Part shown: positions 60,725 through 64,000 of the stretch, in pieces | Numbering within the stretch: the first letter of the stretch is position 1 | How the letters are laid out: every line of letters begins with the position of its first letter | NCBI GenBank assembly: GCA_017463985.1 | Contig: JAFUEH010000005.1 | Span: 2,005-66,004, forward strand | Length of the DNA: 64,000 nt | Source: Eubacterium sp. | Lineage (GTDB): Bacteria > Bacillota > Clostridia > Oscillospirales > Acutalibacteraceae | Direction: 5' to 3' | The notes under the pieces: generated by a model | Database searches by the model: none | The model's input: only the letters and a program-made list of their open reading frames with translations | What the model was told of the DNA's origin: nothing | Position numbers and translations under genes: made by a program

Positions 60725-60753
60725 ATTGTAATACATTTGTAGTTTGTTGTCAA
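60725..60753 (-). promoter_or_regulatory. Consensus sigma-A promoter of the 8-gene operon
   Basis: Minus strand reads TTGACA (60753-60748), 17-nt spacer, TACAAT (60730-60725). Confidence 0.65.
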
Positions 60754-61056
60754 CTGTGAAATATACGGTTATTGCTTTTCATACTCATAGCAAATTATAT
60801 TTCTGAATATGATTAAGTGGCTTTTACAAAAAATATTGGTCTGAATTTGTGAAATTTGCATTTCAGGCGTTCAGTTTTTCTTGGACGGGGTAACGGTTGT
60901 TTTGAGAATTTCTATCGTCTACAAACGGGAATAGCCATAACCGAAGTCCTGAAACCCTTGCAAACACTCAATTTTTAAACTGGACACTTTTGCCAAAGCG
61001 TCATAAAAACCCCTTCATAGACTTTTTGATGAAAAATCCTATGAATTGAACCGATA

Positions 61057-61093
61057 AAAAACTGCCCTGCTTTTTTGATTTGCAGGGCAGTTT
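61057..61093 (-). terminator. Rho-independent terminator
   Basis: AAAACTGCCCTGC...GCAGGGCAGTTTT with a T-run on the minus strand, right after the stop of the 61094 gene. Confidence 0.75.
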
Positions 61094-61354
61094 TCATATA
61101 CATTCTATCAGAATTTGTGTTGCCATGCGATAGCCTTCTTTGAAGATTTCTTCGTTAATTATTACGGATAATTCTTCCGAGTTCATTACGTAATTATCAA
61201 ATAGTTTTCTCTGTTCTTCGGTTAGCATTGCTACTAACTTTTCCTGCGCCTGACTTGTAAGTGTAATCAGCTTTTGGTATTCGGGATTGTTAAGCAGGCT
61301 TTCAGACTCGCACGGATTAATATTTCCGTTATACAGTTTTTCAAGTGTCGTCAT
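61094..61354 (-). CDS. Small helical protein (paralog of the 1819-2085 product)
   Basis: 86 aa. LYNGNINPCESESLLNNPEYQKL...LTEEQRKLFDNYV...EEIFKEGYRMATQIL parallels the chromosomal 88-aa protein. Confidence 0.65.
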   Translation of the reverse strand: MTTLEKLYNGNINPCESESLLNNPEYQKLITLTSQAQEKLVAMLTEEQRKLFDNYVMNSEELSVIINEEIFKEGYRMATQILIECI

Positions 61355-61412
61355 GGTATCACCTCAACACAACAACTATCACAACCAACCGCCAAAGTCC
61401 AGAAGAATTTTC

Positions 61413-61462
61413 CGCCTTTTTTATTGTTATATGACAGGAATATTACCCAGGGCTCGTTAAGA
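61413..61462. repeat. Direct repeat copy A (about 50 bp) flanking the AbiE cassette
   Basis: CGCCTTTTTTATTGTTATATGACAGGAATATTACCCAGGGCTCGTTAAGA. Near-identical to 63063-63111 (a few mismatches and 1 indel). Confidence 0.75.
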
Positions 61463-61469
61463 ATATTTA

Positions 61470-62306
61470 TCAAGCGGTTATTTTCAAAATCAGTTCCTTA
61501 CAAATGCTTGAAACGCTTTCCCACGAAATATCGCCAACATAGAAATTTCTGCTTTTGTAATTATCCCACTGTTTTTTCATTGTTTCGCTTTCTGCAACGG
61601 CAGTATATATTTCAACAATATCTTTTATCTGATTTTCGCTGTTTCTCGCCTTACAGGTCGCATTAAACGCCGCGGATAAGTCGGCGTAATTTATCTGCTC
61701 GTTTTCAACAATAATATAAACGTCATAATAATCTCGCATACGGGTATTTGTTTCCGCCCTGACCATAATTGTCTGCAGTTTCTCAGCGAGTAGTGTTTCA
61801 ATATTATAACTCATAACAGAAATGGTTCTGTTTTCAAACATCAGTGGGTATTCATAATGCACAGCCGACGGTGTAATGACATCGCCCGTAGAAATATCGA
61901 GCTTAATCGGCTGCCTTGAGTTTTCAAAATATGCGTTCAGTTTAATTCTGACACCGGGGTAATCAAACTCATCCATAATCGTTTCCGCATCGGTTATTTC
62001 AAAAGAAACGTTATCATCAAGCTTAATGCTGATAATAAATTCTACAACGCTCTTCGCTTCTTCAACTGACAAGCTAAGTGACGTAATCGTGCTGTCAATA
62101 TCCATTGTTGCTCTCATATCCAGTCCGACTAATGAAGCAACGAGCATACCGCCTTTAAGTATGAAATTGTTTTTGTAATCCGAAAGCGAGACCCTTTCAA
62201 GGAAGCGTTCCATCATATAATTCCTGAAGAGAGTCTGTGCTTTTTCGGCGTTACCGTCCGAAAGGTTATTTATCTTATCCTTTAACTGTCTTGTCGTTTT
62301 AATCAT
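61470..62306 (-). CDS. abiEii: AbiEii/AbiGii-family nucleotidyltransferase toxin
   Basis: N-terminal LKDKINNLSDGNAEKAQTLFRNYMMERFLERVSLSDYKNNFILKGGMLV...DMRATMDIDST pattern of DUF1814/AbiEii. Confidence 0.9.
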   Translation of the reverse strand: MIKTTRQLKDKINNLSDGNAEKAQTLFRNYMMERFLERVSLSDYKNNFILKGGMLVASLVGLDMRATMDIDSTITSLSLSVEEAKSVVEFIISIKLDDNVSFEITDAETIMDEFDYPGVRIKLNAYFENSRQPIKLDISTGDVITPSAVHYEYPLMFENRTISVMSYNIETLLAEKLQTIMVRAETNTRMRDYYDVYIIVENEQINYADLSAAFNATCKARNSENQIKDIVEIYTAVAESETMKKQWDNYKSRNFYVGDISWESVSSICKELILKITA

Positions 62307-62893
62307 AGCATTACCTCGGTATATATTCTTACTTTGTCTTCAATCTTCATCATTTTTGCATATTGCATAAGATTGTGCAGATTCTTATCTTTGCGTTTCA
62401 TATATTCTTTGATGGCGAACTGAAACACCTGAATATCCATTTTATCTTTGATTTTAATAATATCGCAGATAGTTCTGTCAATATCATACACGGGAACGGA
62501 GTTTCCCTGATTTGTATTGACGGTTGTCTTGCCCACGTTCAGCATATCTTTCAAATCGGTATATACGCGGCAATTACGCTTTCTTAATCGGCTGGCGTTA
62601 TAGCCTTTGCCAACGGTTAAAGAGACCTGATTCGGCTCCTGTTCTGTCAAGCCGTGCAGATACAGCGCCGTTTCGTGAGAGAATACGATATTGTTTCTTA
62701 AACTGATAATATAAAGCTCATCTACCCAAGTGTCGCCATCAACGTAAACTCCTGGCGCTGCCTTTTCCATATTTTTCTTTTTAATAAATTCGCTGATATA
62801 TTGCTTTGAAATTCCGGCATTAACTGCGTCAGCAACAATTAAATAACCGTTGCCGTTTTTCGTCTGCCTTTCAAGCATTTCATTCTTCGTCAT
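62303..62893 (-). CDS. abiEi: AbiEi-family antitoxin / transcriptional regulator
   Basis: NGYLIVADAVNAGISKQYISEFIKKKNMEKAAPGVYV...FSHETALYLHGL. 4-nt overlap with the toxin gene. RBS AGGTGA. Confidence 0.9.
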   Translation of the reverse strand: MTKNEMLERQTKNGNGYLIVADAVNAGISKQYISEFIKKKNMEKAAPGVYVDGDTWVDELYIISLRNNIVFSHETALYLHGLTEQEPNQVSLTVGKGYNASRLRKRNCRVYTDLKDMLNVGKTTVNTNQGNSVPVYDIDRTICDIIKIKDKMDIQVFQFAIKEYMKRKDKNLHNLMQYAKMMKIEDKVRIYTEVML

Positions 62894-62919
62894 TTTATCA
62901 CCTGACCTTTGTGCTTATA

Positions 62920-62948
62920 ATTATATTAAACATAGGCTCAAAAGTCAA
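62920..62948 (-). promoter_or_regulatory. Consensus promoter of abiEi-abiEii
   Basis: Minus strand reads TTGACT (62948-62943), 17-nt spacer, TATAAT (62925-62920). Confidence 0.65.
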
Positions 62949-63062
62949 GTTTATTATTGTTAGCATTCTCACATCTTCCTATTCGTTATATCATAGAATT
63001 TTGACTTTTACAATTAACTACGGGTATTGCATAGTCCCGAAAGTTATTATTCTTTCAAAAAA

Positions 63063-63111
63063 CGCCTTTTTATTATTATATAGCAGGAATATTGCCCAGG
63101 GCTCGTTAAGA
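63063..63111. repeat. Direct repeat copy B flanking the AbiE cassette
   Basis: CGCCTTTTTATTATTATATAGCAGGAATATTGCCCAGGGCTCGTTAAGA. Same orientation as copy A. Confidence 0.75.
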
Positions 63112-63372
63112 TTTTTGTCTTTGTGCTGAGCCAAAATATGCTTAAAGTGAAAAAGAAGAAGCAACCTTAGTGGGTGGCAAAAACATCACAAAAGACAAAA
63201 GAGAGGAAATTAAGACTGTACAAGGAAGAAAAAATAGTGTAAAATGGCATAGGAAACAGAAAAAAGGTAAAAATTCGCCACGACGAAAAGGCAGGATAGC
63301 GGTGTTTTTGAAAAAGTAAATGCAACCCTGCCGGAAGGTGATATTCGCACAGCTGTCTGACGGTGAATTGTG

Positions 63373-64000
63373 CTACTTTTTAATCAGATTAGGCGTTAGA
63401 TTTACAGAGTCTGGTGGGACTAACTGTAAATCCAACCTTTCAAGAAGTTTCCTGAAACACCGTTTGTCCAATCGGTCAAACGGTGTTTCATTTTCATATA
63501 TTTCCCGTGCAACAGAGTTAATGTGATTAGCGATGAGGTTCACATCCTTCTGAGTAAGGTTTTCAAAACTCGTACCTTTGGGAAGAATACGCCGAATGAG
63601 TTTGTGGTTGTTTTCTACATGCGGCTTCTGCCAGGAGGCAAGCGGGTCACAGTAGAAAATATTAGTGCGTCTTGTACCACGTTCCGTAAATTCAAGCGCT
63701 TCGGGATTTTTGAATTCAGGACCGTTATCTGTGAGAATTACGGGGAACAACTTTTTGAATAACGGTAATCCCAGGACGTCTGTTAAGTAATCAAAAACCT
63801 CGGTAACGCTATCCTGTGTGCCATCAGGTATCAGGAAGATAAGCATAAAGCTTGTTTCACGGAATATCATTGTCAACAGAGTTTTCGAAGAACCCCTTTT
63901 GCTTTTAACGGTATCCATCTCAACGATAAAGCGAGGCTGTTCCTGACTGACATATTTGTTGAATTCTTCATAGTTTCGACCTTTACGACAGGCACATTCA
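63373..64000 (-). CDS. IS30-family transposase (3' part; 5' end beyond window)
   Basis: DDE core: VEMDTV, LTDNGPEF, WQKPHVENNHKLIRRILPKGTSF. The reading frame stays open to position 64000. Confidence 0.85.
   Translation of the reverse strand, partial: ECACRKGRNYEEFNKYVSQEQPRFIVEMDTVKSKRGSSKTLLTMIFRETSFMLIFLIPDGTQDSVTEVFDYLTDVLGLPLFKKLFPVILTDNGPEFKNPEALEFTERGTRRTNIFYCDPLASWQKPHVENNHKLIRRILPKGTSFENLTQKDVNLIANHINSVAREIYENETPFDRLDKRCFRKLLERLDLQLVPPDSVNLTPNLIKK

Larger units (their letters stand above)
47190..64000. mobile_element. AT-rich mosaic mobilizable genomic island adjacent to tRNA-Asn (right end beyond window)
   Basis: Abrupt compositional drop just after the tRNA terminator. Contains MobC/relaxase, AbiE TA, an IS30 transposase and an accessory operon. 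No integrase within the window. Confidence 0.7.

Noticed and set aside
60754-61056. About 300 bp without ORFs between the operon promoter and the upstream terminator
   Set aside because: I looked for an RNA gene, a repeat or a gene remnant and found no convincing structure, repeat or frame. Left uncalled.
47190-64000. Island as a prophage or a self-transmissible ICE
   Set aside because: There are no capsid, terminase, portal, tail or lysis genes. There is no VirB4/VirD4-type T4SS set in the visible part. Only mobC, a relaxase and a possible oriT are present, so it is called mobilizable. The FtsK-like motor as a transfer protein is kept only as an alternative hypothesis.

Overview
This window has two parts: a GC-rich chromosomal backbone (about 1.4-47.1 kb) and an AT-rich mosaic genomic island (about 47.2-64 kb) that starts right after a tRNA-Asn gene. 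Gene content suggests Firmicutes/Clostridia, for example the FeoB-associated Cys-rich peptide, an NlpC/P60 hydrolase with choline-binding-type repeats and a DUF1667 glycerol-3-P dehydrogenase trio. That taxonomic assignment is inference only.

**Backbone.** It carries ordinary core genes:
- nadB-nadC and nadE
- hexuronate catabolism (uxaC-kdgK-eda, uxaB-uxaA)
- zapA, a U32 peptidase and maf
- tcdA and feoAB
- two Fe-alcohol dehydrogenases and several regulator/oxidoreductase modules
- a Crp/Fnr-type regulator divergent from an ldhA-redox-domain operon, with an unusually clear overlapping-promoter switch

The first 1.4 kb is a separate AT-richer edge holding an XRE regulator and an LRR lipoprotein.

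**Island.** Its right end lies beyond the window and no integrase is visible. It carries:
- a MobC/relaxase mobilization module, with a second SD-preceded ORF nested out of frame inside the relaxase gene
- a wHTH gene and a Cys4-protein/sigma-like pair
- an AbiE toxin-antitoxin cassette bracketed by about 50-bp direct repeats
- a truncated view of an IS30-family transposase

**Main item.** An eight-gene, very AT-rich operon on the minus strand (51949-60753) runs from one consensus promoter. In transcription order it encodes:
1. an RHH regulator
2. a Zn-ribbon/TM protein
3. a Zn-ribbon FtsK-like alpha-beta-gamma motor with C-terminal membrane anchors
4. an SPFH(Band7)/SHOCT protein
5. a 4-TM protein
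6. a helical/TM/7-blade RCC1-like propeller protein
7. a Zn-ribbon/TPR/2-TM protein ending in two L7/L12-CTD-like modules
8. an orphan protein

I cannot match this gene set to any named defence, secretion or conjugation system. I flag it as the candidate novel system: a membrane-associated anti-phage/anti-MGE or envelope-stress machine. All function calls come from motif recognition by eye. No database search was run.
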